The notes under the pieces were generated by a model. That model worked only from the letters and a program-made list of their open reading frames with translations, was not told the DNA's origin and did no database searches. From Acidimicrobiia bacterium (GTDB lineage Bacteria > Actinomycetota > Acidimicrobiia > Spongiisociales > ZC4RG35): 64,000 nt of DNA. The stretch covers positions 869 through 64,868 of the forward strand of contig DATBMA010000114.1 of the NCBI GenBank assembly GCA_036555105.1, read 5' to 3'. Of the stretch, positions 20,300 through 29,555 are shown one piece after another (the first letter of the stretch is position 1; each line of letters opens with the position of its first letter). Position numbers and translations under genes: made by a program.

Positions 20300-21181
20300 A
20301 TGATCGAATCCATCGAGGACGTGGCCGAGCAGCTGGCCGGAAAGCAATACGTGGCCGATCGGGGGCTGGCGGTGGCCGTCTACCTGGCGCTGCGGCTGGG
20401 ACGTCCCCTGTTTCTCGAAGGTGAGGCGGGAGTCGGCAAGACCGAGGTCGCCAAGGTCCTCGCTGCTTGCCTGGATGCCGAGCTCATACGCCTGCAGTGC
20501 TACGAGGGCCTCGATATCGCCCACGCGGTATACGAGTGGGACTACCCGCGGCAGATGCTGGCAATACGCCTGATCGAAGCAGGCGGCACGCCGGAGAAGC
20601 TGGAAGTCGACGACATCATGAGCCGCGACTACCTGATTGCCCGTCCCCTCCTGCGAGCCGTCGAGGAGTCGGCGGCAGGGCGACGGCCAGTGCTCCTGAT
20701 CGATGAGATCGATCGTGCCGACGAGGAGTTCGAGGCCTATCTCCTCGAGCTCCTGTCGGACTTCCAGGTGACGATCCCCGAGATCGGGACCATTGCAGCT
20801 GGAGAGCCTCCGGTCGTTGTCATCACCTCAAACCGCACCAGGGAGATCCACGACGCCCTCAAGCGTCGCTGCATCTATCACTGGATCGACTATCCCGACC
20901 TCGAACGAGAGATCGAGATCGTCAAGCGCAAGGTCCCCGACCTGGAGGGGCGGCTGGCGCGCCAGCTGGCGCTGGCGATGGCCGATCTCCGGTCGTTCGA
21001 GCTCTTCAAACCACCGGGTGTGGCGGAGACCTTGGATTGGGCGTCAGCACTCAAGGTGCTGGATGCGGCCAGGCTCGATGCCGGGATTGTGAATGAGACC
21101 CTCGGCGTCGTCCTGAAGTACCGGGAGGACGTCGACTCGGTTCGCCGGCGGGGCCCCGAGCTTCTTGTGCACGAGGCGTAG
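20300..21181 (+). CDS. coxD: MoxR-type AAA+ ATPase (CoxD-like)
   Basis: Walker A GEAGVGKTE; an AAA_3/MoxR family member in the cox accessory position. Start taken at MIESIEDV; the upstream ATG at 20222 is possible. Confidence 0.8.
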   Translation: MIESIEDVAEQLAGKQYVADRGLAVAVYLALRLGRPLFLEGEAGVGKTEVAKVLAACLDAELIRLQCYEGLDIAHAVYEWDYPRQMLAIRLIEAGGTPEKLEVDDIMSRDYLIARPLLRAVEESAAGRRPVLLIDEIDRADEEFEAYLLELLSDFQVTIPEIGTIAAGEPPVVVITSNRTREIHDALKRRCIYHWIDYPDLEREIEIVKRKVPDLEGRLARQLALAMADLRSFELFKPPGVAETLDWASALKVLDAARLDAGIVNETLGVVLKYREDVDSVRRRGPELLVHEA

Positions 21182-21190
21182 CCCGGCTCG

Positions 21191-22300
21191 ATGCCCGCCT
21201 CATCGCTGTTGGTCGAGTTCACCCAAGAGTTGCGCGAGGGCGGCCTGCCGGTGCCATCTTCCACCGCGGCCGATCTCTCGACCGCGGCGGATCTGGTCGG
21301 CCTCGCCCGGCCGGCGGACGTCTACTTCGCCTTCCGCTCCCTGGTGGTTTCCCGGCACGAGGAGATCGCCGTCTTCAACCGGGTCTTCGTCGAGTTCTTC
21401 GGCACCAGAGGGCACATCGGCGACATCAGGGTCGGCGCTCCCGAGCCGGGCCGGCCCTGGGCTGTGTCTGCCAGGAAGGGGTTGATGGGAGGGGCTCCCG
21501 ACAACGTCGAGACAGAGGCGACCGCGGTGGGGGCTTCCAGCCGAGAGCGCCTGCGGCGCCGTGACTTCGCGGAGCTCAGCCCGGACGAGGTGAGAGAGCT
21601 GCGGTCCCTCGTCTCCCGGATGCTCTGGGAGCCGGGTTGGGTGCGCAGCCGTCGATACCGCCCATCCCGAGGGGGTGATCGCCCTGATCTGCGGAGGACC
21701 TTGCGCCAGGCCACGGGCCCGGAGGGGGACCTGATGCAGCTGGCCCGCTCCGAGCGGAAGCTCAAGCGCAGGCCGTTGATCTTCATCGCCGACGTGTCCG
21801 GGTCGATGGAGCGCTACTCGGAGATGTTGCTCTATTTCGCCCACGCTGCCAACGGGCGCCTCGGGAGGCTGGAGGCATTTGTCTTCGGCACGCGCCTGAC
21901 CCGCATCACCCGCCAGCTCGGTACCCGCGACCCGGCAGTGGCAGTGGCCGAGGTGGCCAGGGCCGTTCTCGACTGGTCGGGGGGCACTCGTATCGGGGAG
22001 TCGCTCGCCACGTTCAACCGCGAGTGGTCGCGGCGAGTCACCCGGGGTGGGGCTGTGGCCGTGCTCATCTCGGACGGCTGGGATCGAGGCAATCCCGAGC
22101 TCCTGGCAGATGAGCTCGCCCGCCTTCGACGCTCGGTGCACCGGCTCATATGGCTCAACCCCCTGGCCGGGAGGCCCGGCTACGAGCCGGTCACGCTGGG
22201 GATGAACGCAGCGCTCCCTTATGTCGACGACTTCCTCCCGGCTGCCACCTTCGATGACATGGTGGGGCTGGTCGACCTGCTGGAGTCGATCAAGCCGTGA
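21191..22300 (+). CDS. coxE: VWA domain protein (CoxE-like)
   Basis: MIDAS-containing VWA (...[14 protein letters not shown]...) in the usual position after the MoxR ATPase. Confidence 0.85.
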   Translation: MPASSLLVEFTQELREGGLPVPSSTAADLSTAADLVGLARPADVYFAFRSLVVSRHEEIAVFNRVFVEFFGTRGHIGDIRVGAPEPGRPWAVSARKGLMGGAPDNVETEATAVGASSRERLRRRDFAELSPDEVRELRSLVSRMLWEPGWVRSRRYRPSRGGDRPDLRRTLRQATGPEGDLMQLARSERKLKRRPLIFIADVSGSMERYSEMLLYFAHAANGRLGRLEAFVFGTRLTRITRQLGTRDPAVAVAEVARAVLDWSGGTRIGESLATFNREWSRRVTRGGAVAVLISDGWDRGNPELLADELARLRRSVHRLIWLNPLAGRPGYEPVTLGMNAALPYVDDFLPAATFDDMVGLVDLLESIKP

Positions 22301-22301
22301 G

Positions 22302-22339
22302 GGAGTCGTGAGACGTGAGACGCGAGACGTGAGGACTCC
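22302..22339. repeat. GTCTCAC-family intergenic element R5
   Basis: GGAGTC-gtgagacgtgagacgcgagacgtgag-GACTCC. Three to four GTGAGAC units are closed by a 6 bp inverted repeat. The GTG start of the next ORF lies inside it. Confidence 0.75.
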
Positions 22340-22664
22340 TAGGCTTTTCCCCGTGCTCTCTGAGGCTCTCGACATCCGGCGCCGGTGGCAGTCAGAGGGA
22401 AAGGACGTTGCCGCCGCCACCGTGGTGAGGGTCTCCGGCAGCGCTCCCCGCCCGCTCGGATCCCGCTTTCTGGTGTCCTCCGCCGGCGACATGGAAGGCT
22501 CGGTCTCGGGGGGATGCGTGGAGAACGACGTGTTCGTTCATGCTCAGGAGGTGATCTCCTCGGGCCGGCCCAGGTTGGTGACCTACGGGATCGCCGACGA
22601 TGACGCCATGGCGGTGGGGCTGGCCTGCGGCGGAACCATCCAGGTGTTCATCGAGCCCTGGTGA
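22329..22664 (+). CDS. XdhC/CoxI N-terminal-domain-only protein
   Basis: About 112 aa containing only the XdhC_CoxI domain (...[39 protein letters not shown]...). The GTG start is embedded in repeat R5. Its stop overlaps the GTG of the full-length xdhC. Confidence 0.55.
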   Translation: MRTPRLFPVLSEALDIRRRWQSEGKDVAAATVVRVSGSAPRPLGSRFLVSSAGDMEGSVSGGCVENDVFVHAQEVISSGRPRLVTYGIADDDAMAVGLACGGTIQVFIEPW

Positions 22665-23422
22665 CGGGAGTCCTCGATGCGGCGGCCGCCCTCGTAGCCG
22701 CCGAGCGATTCGGAGCCCTGGCCACGGTCGTGGCCGGGCCCGACCTGGGAGCCAGTGCCCTCCTGGATATCGACCGTGGCTGGGAGGCCGGCAGCCTTCC
22801 GGTTGCGCTCGCGGATCCGGTTGCCGCCGACGCCGTCGCCCTCGTGTCCCGTGAGCTCAGTCGCACCCTTGCATATGACGACTACGACGTGTTCATCGAA
22901 GCGATCGTTCCCCGACCCCACCTGGTCATCTTCGGGGCAGTCCACATCGGCCAGGAATTGTGTGCGATTGGTCGCCGCATGGGATTCCATGTGACGGTGG
23001 CCGACGCCCGCCCTGCCTTCACCACCCCGGAGAGGTTCCCCGAGGCCGATGTGCTCCTGGTCGGCTGGCCCGACCAGGTCGAGGTGGAGTTCGATCGGAG
23101 AACCCATGTCGTGGTTCTCTCCCATGACGCCCGTTTCGAGGATCCCTTGTGGCCGCGGGTCCTCGACTCCCCAGCTGCCTATGTGGGGGCAATGGGTAGC
23201 AGGAAGACAGTGGCCAGACGGAGACGAAAGCTCGAGGCGGCCGGGTTCACGGAAGCGGCGATAGACCGTATCCATGGCCCGATCGGCCTCCCCATCGGGG
23301 CGGAGACACCGGCCGAGGTGGCGGTTGCGATCCTCGCCGAGATCACCGCCAATCGGTACCGGCCGGACCAGCCCCTCGAGTTGATCGGACAGGATCGGCC
23401 CGGAGCGCTGGGCGGCGGCTAG
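22661..23422 (+). CDS. XdhC/CoxF family Mo-cofactor insertion chaperone (full length: N-terminal domain plus Rossmann-like C-domain)
   Basis: N-terminal domain ...[20 protein letters not shown]... followed by the XdhC_C region ...[28 protein letters not shown].... Confidence 0.8.
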   Translation: MTGVLDAAAALVAAERFGALATVVAGPDLGASALLDIDRGWEAGSLPVALADPVAADAVALVSRELSRTLAYDDYDVFIEAIVPRPHLVIFGAVHIGQELCAIGRRMGFHVTVADARPAFTTPERFPEADVLLVGWPDQVEVEFDRRTHVVVLSHDARFEDPLWPRVLDSPAAYVGAMGSRKTVARRRRKLEAAGFTEAAIDRIHGPIGLPIGAETPAEVAVAILAEITANRYRPDQPLELIGQDRPGALGGG

Positions 23423-23431
23423 AAACCACAC

Positions 23432-24418
23432 ATGCGATTCGGCGCCTTCGTTCCACAGGGCTGGCAGCTCGACCTGGCCGGCATTCCCACAGACCGCCAC
23501 TGGGAGACCATCTCCGGCGTGGCCTCCCGGTTGGAGGCGAACGGATTCGAGAACGCCTTCGTCTTCGACCATTTCCACACCACTCCGATCCCCACCCAAG
23601 AGGTGACTTACGAGGCGTGGACGCTGATGGGTGCCCTCTCTGTGGTCACCAGCACGATCAGGCTCGGCCAGATGTGCACATGCAACTCCTACCGCCCACC
23701 TGCCTATCTGGCCAAGGTCGCCGCCTCGATCGATGTCCTCTCGGGAGGGCGCCTCGACATGGGGATCGGGGCCGGCTGGTACGAGCACGAGTACCTCGGC
23801 TACGGCTTCGAGTTCCCGCGCCCATCTGTCCGCATCGGCCAGCTGGAGGAGGCAGTCCAGATCATGGAGAAGATGTGGACCGAGGACGAGGTGCATTTCG
23901 ACGGCAAGCACTACCAATTGCGGGGTGCCATCTGCCAGCCCAAGCCGGTGCAGAAGCCCCACATCCCGCTGTGGATCGCGGGAGGGGGAGAGGAGAAGAC
24001 CCTGAGAGTGGCCGCCCGCCACGCGGCCTACACCAACTTCGGGATCACGGTGGAGGAGTTCGCGCGCAAGTCGGGGATCCTGGCCGGGCATTGCCAGGAG
24101 GCCGGGACGGACTTCGATCAAATCGTCCGTTCCGCCAGCTTTCGGATCGTGATCGCCGAGTCGGAGGCGGGAGTGTCCGAGAAGCTCGAGGCGATCCGCT
24201 CCCACTACGGGCAATTCGTGGACGGGGAGGAGTTGGAGAAGCGGATGCGCTTCTACGGGCACATGGCCGGCACTCCCGACCAGCTCATCGAACGACTCCA
24301 GCCATGGATCGAGGCTGGGGCTTCGTATGCGGTCTGTTACTTCCCGCTGGCTGCATACGACTCTTCCGGGATCGACCTGTTCGGAAAGACGGTCCTCCCC
24401 TCCCTGGCCGGGACGTGA
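23432..24418 (+). CDS. LLM-class (luciferase-like) F420-dependent oxidoreductase family protein
   Basis: MRFGAFVPQGW... is a TIM-barrel LLM. It has the form typical of F420-dependent actinobacterial members. Confidence 0.75.
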   Translation: MRFGAFVPQGWQLDLAGIPTDRHWETISGVASRLEANGFENAFVFDHFHTTPIPTQEVTYEAWTLMGALSVVTSTIRLGQMCTCNSYRPPAYLAKVAASIDVLSGGRLDMGIGAGWYEHEYLGYGFEFPRPSVRIGQLEEAVQIMEKMWTEDEVHFDGKHYQLRGAICQPKPVQKPHIPLWIAGGGEEKTLRVAARHAAYTNFGITVEEFARKSGILAGHCQEAGTDFDQIVRSASFRIVIAESEAGVSEKLEAIRSHYGQFVDGEELEKRMRFYGHMAGTPDQLIERLQPWIEAGASYAVCYFPLAAYDSSGIDLFGKTVLPSLAGT

Positions 24419-25002
24419 CCGCCGCCGCCCTGGTGCTGGCGGGAGGGGGTTCCCGCCGGCTGGGACGCCCGAAACAGCTTGAGAAATGGGGCGAAACCAC
24501 CCTCCTCGGACATGTGCTCTCCCAGGCCGCCGCCCTCCCGGTCGAACAGGTGTGGGTGGTGCTCGGCGCCAATACCGACCTGGTCCTTGAACAGGTCGAT
24601 TTGGGAAGTGCCATGGTCGTCGAGAACCCCGAGTGGCAGGAGGGGATCGCATCCTCGTTGCGGGTGGGTCTCGACGCCATCATGCGCCTGTCCCGGGCCG
24701 AGGTGGTTGTGATCCTGCTGGGTGACCAGCCCGACATCGACCCGACGCTGGTTGATCGCCTGCTGGATGCGCGCAAGAAAGCCGGCCGTCCGGTCGCGGT
24801 CCCCAAGTACCGCTACTCGTGGGGCAACCCGGTGGTGGTCGATCGCACTCTCTGGCCGCGGCTGATGTCACTCGAGGGTGATCAGGGTGCCAAGCAGCTC
24901 TTCCGGGCGCATCCGGAGTGGGTCACTGAGGTGTGGCTCGAAGGACGGCCGCCGCGCGACGTCGACACCGTTGCCGACGTCGAGAGCATGCGCCCACGCT
25001 GA
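24415..25002 (+). CDS. mocA: MobA-like nucleotidyltransferase (molybdenum cofactor cytidylyltransferase MocA-like)
   Basis: VTAAALVLAGGGSRRLGRPKQL... is an NTP_transf_3 family member. Its GTG start overlaps the LLM stop (GTGA). It fits with the Mo-hydroxylase cluster. Confidence 0.75.
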   Translation: MTAAALVLAGGGSRRLGRPKQLEKWGETTLLGHVLSQAAALPVEQVWVVLGANTDLVLEQVDLGSAMVVENPEWQEGIASSLRVGLDAIMRLSRAEVVVILLGDQPDIDPTLVDRLLDARKKAGRPVAVPKYRYSWGNPVVVDRTLWPRLMSLEGDQGAKQLFRAHPEWVTEVWLEGRPPRDVDTVADVESMRPR

Positions 25003-25112
25003 ATCGCACAACGTGAAAAGTGAATGCGATCGCGGTTGGCCGCGGACGAACACTGCTGAGTAGAGTCGCCCACCGGTCCGTTCCGAGCAGCCTAGGAGGA
25101 GGGAGGTTCGCG

Positions 25113-25514
25113 TTGGCCCGCATCGACGAGCTCACAAACATCGACGTGCGCGAGGCGACACGTCTTCGTAAGGCAGGGGTGCGAACGTCGGAGGCGCTTC
25201 TGCGACGATCTACGAGCCGGACGGGGCGGGATCAGCTGGCCAACGCGTGCAGTGTCGATGCTGACGCCATACTCGCCTGGGCATCGCGGGCCGACTTGCT
25301 TAGGGTCAAGGGAGTTGGGGGCGAGTACGCAGCGTTGTTGGAGGCCGCCGGGGTTGCCACGATCCGCGATCTGCGGCGACGCAACCCCAAGGCCCTGACC
25401 GCCCGGTTATCGGAGGTCAACGACCACACGCGCCTCGTGCGTCGGCTTCCCACCGAGGGAATGGTGGCCGAATGGGTCGACGGGGCGAAAGTGATCGAGC
25501 CGGTCGTCCGCTGA
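25113..25514 (+). CDS. DUF4332 domain protein
   Basis: A TTG start preceded by AGGAGGAGGGAGG. ARIDELTNIDVREATRLRKAGVRTSEALL plus a later HhH-like segment (LLRVKGVGGEYAALLEAAGV). Confidence 0.55.
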   Translation: MARIDELTNIDVREATRLRKAGVRTSEALLRRSTSRTGRDQLANACSVDADAILAWASRADLLRVKGVGGEYAALLEAAGVATIRDLRRRNPKALTARLSEVNDHTRLVRRLPTEGMVAEWVDGAKVIEPVVR

Positions 25515-25533
25515 CAAACCCCAGGTCAGATAG

Positions 25534-25563
25534 GTGGAAGGGCCCCGACAGGGGCCCTTCCAC
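25534..25563. terminator. Bidirectional intrinsic terminator hairpin
   Basis: gtggaagggcccc-gaca-ggggcccttccac: a perfect 13 bp stem with a 4 nt loop, between convergent genes. Confidence 0.8.
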
Positions 25564-25581
25564 GTTGGCGCCTGTGGGGTC

Positions 25582-26055
25582 TCAGCCCGCCTGGGTGGCC
25601 GGCTTGGGGGTGGTGGCCGGCTTTGAAACAGCGGGTTTCGCCGCCGCCGGCTTCTTGGCCGCCGGCTTCGCCTTGGAGGCTTGGGCCGTTACCGCGTCCA
25701 CCGCATCTTCGCCGTCGATCTCGACCTTCTCGATCTCGACCTTCTCAGGCCGGAACGACGACTTCCAGGTGGCCAGCATCTTCTCGAGCTGGTCGCGCAG
25801 CTTGCTCACCTGCTCCTGCACGGAGTCGAAGTCGACACGGGAAGCGATCTCGTCCACGACCTTGCCGTCGGCGATCCGCTTGTAGACCTGCTCGCCTTCT
25901 ACGGCCCAGCCGTCGACCTTCTCGTTCGCAGCCTTCCCGAGCCCATCGGCCCCGGTCTGCACCCTGGTCTTCACCTCGCCGGCCCAGGCAGAGATCGCTT
26001 TGCCGATCGAGACCGGCGCACCCAGCGCCGCGTATCCAACTTTCTTAGCTTCCAT
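25582..26055 (-). CDS. HbhA-like protein with a Lys/Ala/Pro-rich C-terminal tail
   Basis: Helical N-domain, then a C-terminus KAKPAAKKPAAAKPAVSKPATTPKPATQAG resembling the heparin-binding repeats of mycobacterial HbhA. It lies downstream of an XRE regulator, as in the Rv0474-Rv0475 arrangement. Confidence 0.5.
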   Translation of the reverse strand: MEAKKVGYAALGAPVSIGKAISAWAGEVKTRVQTGADGLGKAANEKVDGWAVEGEQVYKRIADGKVVDEIASRVDFDSVQEQVSKLRDQLEKMLATWKSSFRPEKVEIEKVEIDGEDAVDAVTAQASKAKPAAKKPAAAKPAVSKPATTPKPATQAG

Positions 26056-26449
26056 CTTCGTTTTCCTTTCTCTGGAATTGTTGCCCCACCAGATCTCCTG
26101 CCGCGATCAGGCTGCGGTAGAGGTCACGCATCACCTGCTTGTGCCTTGCCGACAATTGTGAGTCGGCATCGATCGCTTCTATGACCGTGGTCGTGGTCAT
26201 CCCGTCCTCCATCCATCCTGCGCGGGAGTAGAGAGTCTCGGCCGAGATCTGCAATGCCCGTGACAGCTGCTTGAGGATCTGGGCCGAGGGGCGCTTGACG
26301 CCACGCTCGATCTGGCTGAGGTACGGGTTGGAGATGCCTGCTCTCTCCGCCAGACGGCGCAGGGATAGGTCGGCCCGCTCCCTTTGCTGGCGGATGAACT
26401 CGCCAACCCCACTGGTCGTGTCGGCACTTGCCGTCAACACCTCGGTCAC
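26045..26449 (-). CDS. XRE-family helix-turn-helix transcriptional regulator
   Basis: LSLRRLAERAGISNPYLSQIERGVKRPSAQILKQLSRAL is a classic HTH_XRE. Confidence 0.75.
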   Translation of the reverse strand: MTEVLTASADTTSGVGEFIRQQRERADLSLRRLAERAGISNPYLSQIERGVKRPSAQILKQLSRALQISAETLYSRAGWMEDGMTTTTVIEAIDADSQLSARHKQVMRDLYRSLIAAGDLVGQQFQRKENEDGS

Positions 26450-26510
26450 AGCCGAATTCTATCTCGCTGTGCTTGCTATAGCAAGCAGGGTGCCAGCCAG
26501 TGGCTAGCGC

Positions 26511-27233
26511 TCAGGCGAGGCTGGACCCGACCAGCCGCCCGATCAACCAGGCGGCAACTCCGCCAAGTGCCGCAATCAGGAGGTTCTCGAAGCCGGAGGC
26601 AAGCGGGTTGGTCCTGGTCACCCTGGTCTTCATCACCCCTACCGCGAACAACGCGCTGGTGCTGAGGATCGCCGACCAGATCAACGCCTGACCCGGACTG
26701 ACGTCGGCGAAGAAGGGGACGATGGGGGGGATGGCGCCGATGAAGAAGAGGATCCCCGACATGAGCATGGCCCGCACAGGGGAACGGCGCTCATCGTCCA
26801 CCACCCCAAACTCCAGGACCTTCATGGCCTTCAGGAGGGTCTGGTCGTTGCGGCTGCAGGCGGCGACCACGGTCTCGAGGTCGTCTTCGGCAACTCCCAT
26901 TTCCCTGAAATAGTCGTACAACTGGTCGACCTCGCTCTGGCGGAAATGGGCGATGTGCTTCCTCTCCAAGGCAAGCTCGGAGTCGAGCACCTGTTCCTGT
27001 GACTTGGTGGCGAGATATTCGCCTGCGGCCATGGAGAGGGCACCGGCCAGAGCCCCGGCGATGCCTGTGATCAACACGTCGCTGCGGTCGAGCCCGCCTC
27101 CGACCACTCCGGCCACGAGCAAGAAGACCGAAACCAGGCCGTCGTTGAGGCCGAGGATGATGTCCCGCCAATACGGACGGCTGCTGCCTACATGCTCCTC
27201 GTAGACCACCGTCTCGGCACGTTTGTCATCCAT
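26511..27233 (-). CDS. VIT1/CCC1-family iron/manganese transporter
   Basis: LGLNDGLVSVFLLVAGV... plus C-terminal TM helices, as in the VIT family. Confidence 0.8.
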   Translation of the reverse strand: MDDKRAETVVYEEHVGSSRPYWRDIILGLNDGLVSVFLLVAGVVGGGLDRSDVLITGIAGALAGALSMAAGEYLATKSQEQVLDSELALERKHIAHFRQSEVDQLYDYFREMGVAEDDLETVVAACSRNDQTLLKAMKVLEFGVVDDERRSPVRAMLMSGILFFIGAIPPIVPFFADVSPGQALIWSAILSTSALFAVGVMKTRVTRTNPLASGFENLLIAALGGVAAWLIGRLVGSSLA

Positions 27234-27323
27234 TTCCGGGAACCGTAGTGGCGTGTCTTTGGCACGGATGTGGTCGGGACCGGCTTGGGTCGTGACTGGC
27301 GGCCCCTCTACTGTCGCGTCGCC

Positions 27324-28340
27324 ATGGCCAACGTGATCGTCGAGATGGAGCCGGGTGCGACCGCCGAGCAGACAGGGGCTGTTCTGACTGCCCTCGACGA
27401 GCTCGGATTCGAGGCGCGGCTCTCCTCGGGCCGGGTCCCGGACGTGGTGGGAGCGGTCGGCAGCGCAGGCCAGATCGACCAGGAAGACCTGGCGGGCCTG
27501 GCCGGAGTCGCACGAGTCGTCATTCCGGAGTCGCCATTCACCTTCGTGAGCCGCGAGTTCCAGCCGGTGGACACCCGGATCGAGGTCGGGCCGGTCGTCA
27601 TCGGCGGCGGGATGCTGGTCGTCGCCGCCGGTCCTTGCGCGGTGGAGAGCCGGGAACAGTTATGGGAGACCGCGGCTGCGGTGAAGGCGGCCGGCGCCCA
27701 GCTATTGAGGGGCGATGCGTACAAGCCTCGCACCTCGCCTTACTCGTTCCAGGGTCTCGGTGAGGAGGCGCTCAAGCTGCTGGCCGACGCCAGGGCGGAG
27801 TTCGGCCTGCCGGTCATCGCCGAGGTGCTCGACCCCCGCCACGTCGAGTTGGTGGCTGGATACGTCGACATGCTGCGGGTGGGGACTCGCAACATGTCCA
27901 ACTACCCGTTGCTGGCCGAGGTGGGAAGGCAGGCCAAGCCGGTGCAGCTGAAACGCGGCTTCAATGCGACGGTTGACGAGTGGCTGACTGCCGCCGAGTA
28001 CATCTACAAGGAGGGCAATCCCCGCATCGTCCTGGTCGAGCGAGGGATCCGCACCTTCGAGACCGCTGCCAGGAACACCCTCGACCTCACCGCGGTGGCG
28101 GTGGCCAAGCGGCTGTCGCACTTGCCGGTGATGGTCGATCCCTCCCATGCCTCCGGCCGGAGGGAGTTGGTCGGGCCCCTGGCCCTGGCGGCGGTGGCTG
28201 CCGGGGCGGATGGGGTGATGATCGACGTCCATCCCCATCCCGAGGAGGCCAAGGTGGACGGGCCTCAGGCGCTGCTGCCTGCCGAATTCGCCGACCTGGC
28301 GGCAAGGATGTTCAGGGTCAAGGAAGCCCTCGGCGCCTGA
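27324..28340 (+). CDS. aroG: 3-deoxy-7-phosphoheptulonate (DAHP) synthase, type I-beta, with an N-terminal regulatory domain
   Basis: GPCAVES...KPRTSPYSFQG...DPSHA are the motifs of the KDSA-like DAHP synthase. An extra N-terminal domain of about 95 aa is present. Start at MANVIV, 18 codons into the track ORF. Confidence 0.85.
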   Translation: MANVIVEMEPGATAEQTGAVLTALDELGFEARLSSGRVPDVVGAVGSAGQIDQEDLAGLAGVARVVIPESPFTFVSREFQPVDTRIEVGPVVIGGGMLVVAAGPCAVESREQLWETAAAVKAAGAQLLRGDAYKPRTSPYSFQGLGEEALKLLADARAEFGLPVIAEVLDPRHVELVAGYVDMLRVGTRNMSNYPLLAEVGRQAKPVQLKRGFNATVDEWLTAAEYIYKEGNPRIVLVERGIRTFETAARNTLDLTAVAVAKRLSHLPVMVDPSHASGRRELVGPLALAAVAAGADGVMIDVHPHPEEAKVDGPQALLPAEFADLAARMFRVKEALGA

Positions 28341-28344
28341 CCCT

Positions 28345-29502
28345 TCACTGGTGGCCGTGCTGGAGCAGGCCGACCAGTCCGGCTAGCCCCCCTTTGATGC
28401 CGGTTTCGATGGCTCTCTCATCCACCCGGAAGGAAGCCGAGTGGAGATCCGCGGCCAGCCCGGATGGCTGCCCTCCCAGGCGCAGGAGGGCCCCGGGCAC
28501 CTTCTCTGTGAAGTTGGCGAAGTCCTCTCCGCCCATGCTGGTCGGAGTGGGGGCCACGGCCTCGACCCCGAGGGCGACACCGACTGCCTCGCGCAGGACC
28601 GCCACCACGTGCTCGTCGTTGACGACCGGGGGGATCCCCCGCTGGTAGTCGAGGAAAGCCTTCGCCCCGGTGGGTGCGACGATCTCTTGCAGCAGACGGT
28701 CGATCAATACCGGCGCCTCCGCCCACAACCCGTGGTCGAGGGTTCGGAAGGTGCCGGCAATTTCCGCAGAGGTCGGGATCACGTTGAACGCCGAGCCCGA
28801 GGTCACCCTCCCGAACACCAAGGCGGCCGGGAGCCTGGCATCGATGGTCCGATCGAGGATGGCGGGCAGATCGGTGATGACTTTGCCGGTGGCGTAGACC
28901 AGGTCGACGCTGCGATGAGGCCGAGCGGTGTGGCCGCCGGGCCCCTCGAGCTTGATCACAAGGCGGTCAGCGGAGGCCGTGATCGGCCCGGAACGGAATC
29001 CGATCCGCCCCGGCTCCAGAGTGGGGTCGACGTGGAACGCAACGATTGCTTCGAGACCTTCGGCCATCCCCTCGGCCACCAGGTCCTCGGCCCCACCGGG
29101 GAAGGTTTCCTCGGCCGGCTGGAAAATGAAACGGATCCTCCCCGGCAGCTCGGTCCGGGAGGCGGCGACCGCCATTCCGGCGGCCACGGAGGCATGGATG
29201 TCGTGTCCGCACGCGTGCATCACCCCCGGGACCTGCGAGCGGAACTCGAGCCCATCTGGCTCCTGGATCGGCAAGGCGTCCAGATCAGCCCTGAAGCCGA
29301 CCAAGCGCTCTCCTGATCCCACCATCACCGTCAGCCCGGTCGCCTTCCTCAGTTCAGGGGACAGCCCTTGTTGGGTCAAAAAGGTGCTGATCAGCGCGGT
29401 GGTGTTCGACTCCGCATGGGCGAGCTCGGGGTGGCTGTGAATGGCGCGCCGGAGATCGATCACCGAGGGGAGGATCGCGGCGACCACCTCTGAGGTGGAC
29501 AT
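28345..29502 (-). CDS. M20D-family amidohydrolase (N-acyl-amino-acid amidohydrolase/hippurate hydrolase-like)
   Basis: ...HACGHDIHASVAAG... metal-binding motif. Start at MSTSEV. A TACAAT lies 8 nt upstream of the ATG. Confidence 0.8.
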   Translation of the reverse strand: MSTSEVVAAILPSVIDLRRAIHSHPELAHAESNTTALISTFLTQQGLSPELRKATGLTVMVGSGERLVGFRADLDALPIQEPDGLEFRSQVPGVMHACGHDIHASVAAGMAVAASRTELPGRIRFIFQPAEETFPGGAEDLVAEGMAEGLEAIVAFHVDPTLEPGRIGFRSGPITASADRLVIKLEGPGGHTARPHRSVDLVYATGKVITDLPAILDRTIDARLPAALVFGRVTSGSAFNVIPTSAEIAGTFRTLDHGLWAEAPVLIDRLLQEIVAPTGAKAFLDYQRGIPPVVNDEHVVAVLREAVGVALGVEAVAPTPTSMGGEDFANFTEKVPGALLRLGGQPSGLAADLHSASFRVDERAIETGIKGGLAGLVGLLQHGHQ

Positions 29503-29555
29503 TGAGGAGAATTGTACTGGCCGGGTCACAAGCTTCAGCCACCAGCGTGGCAAGG

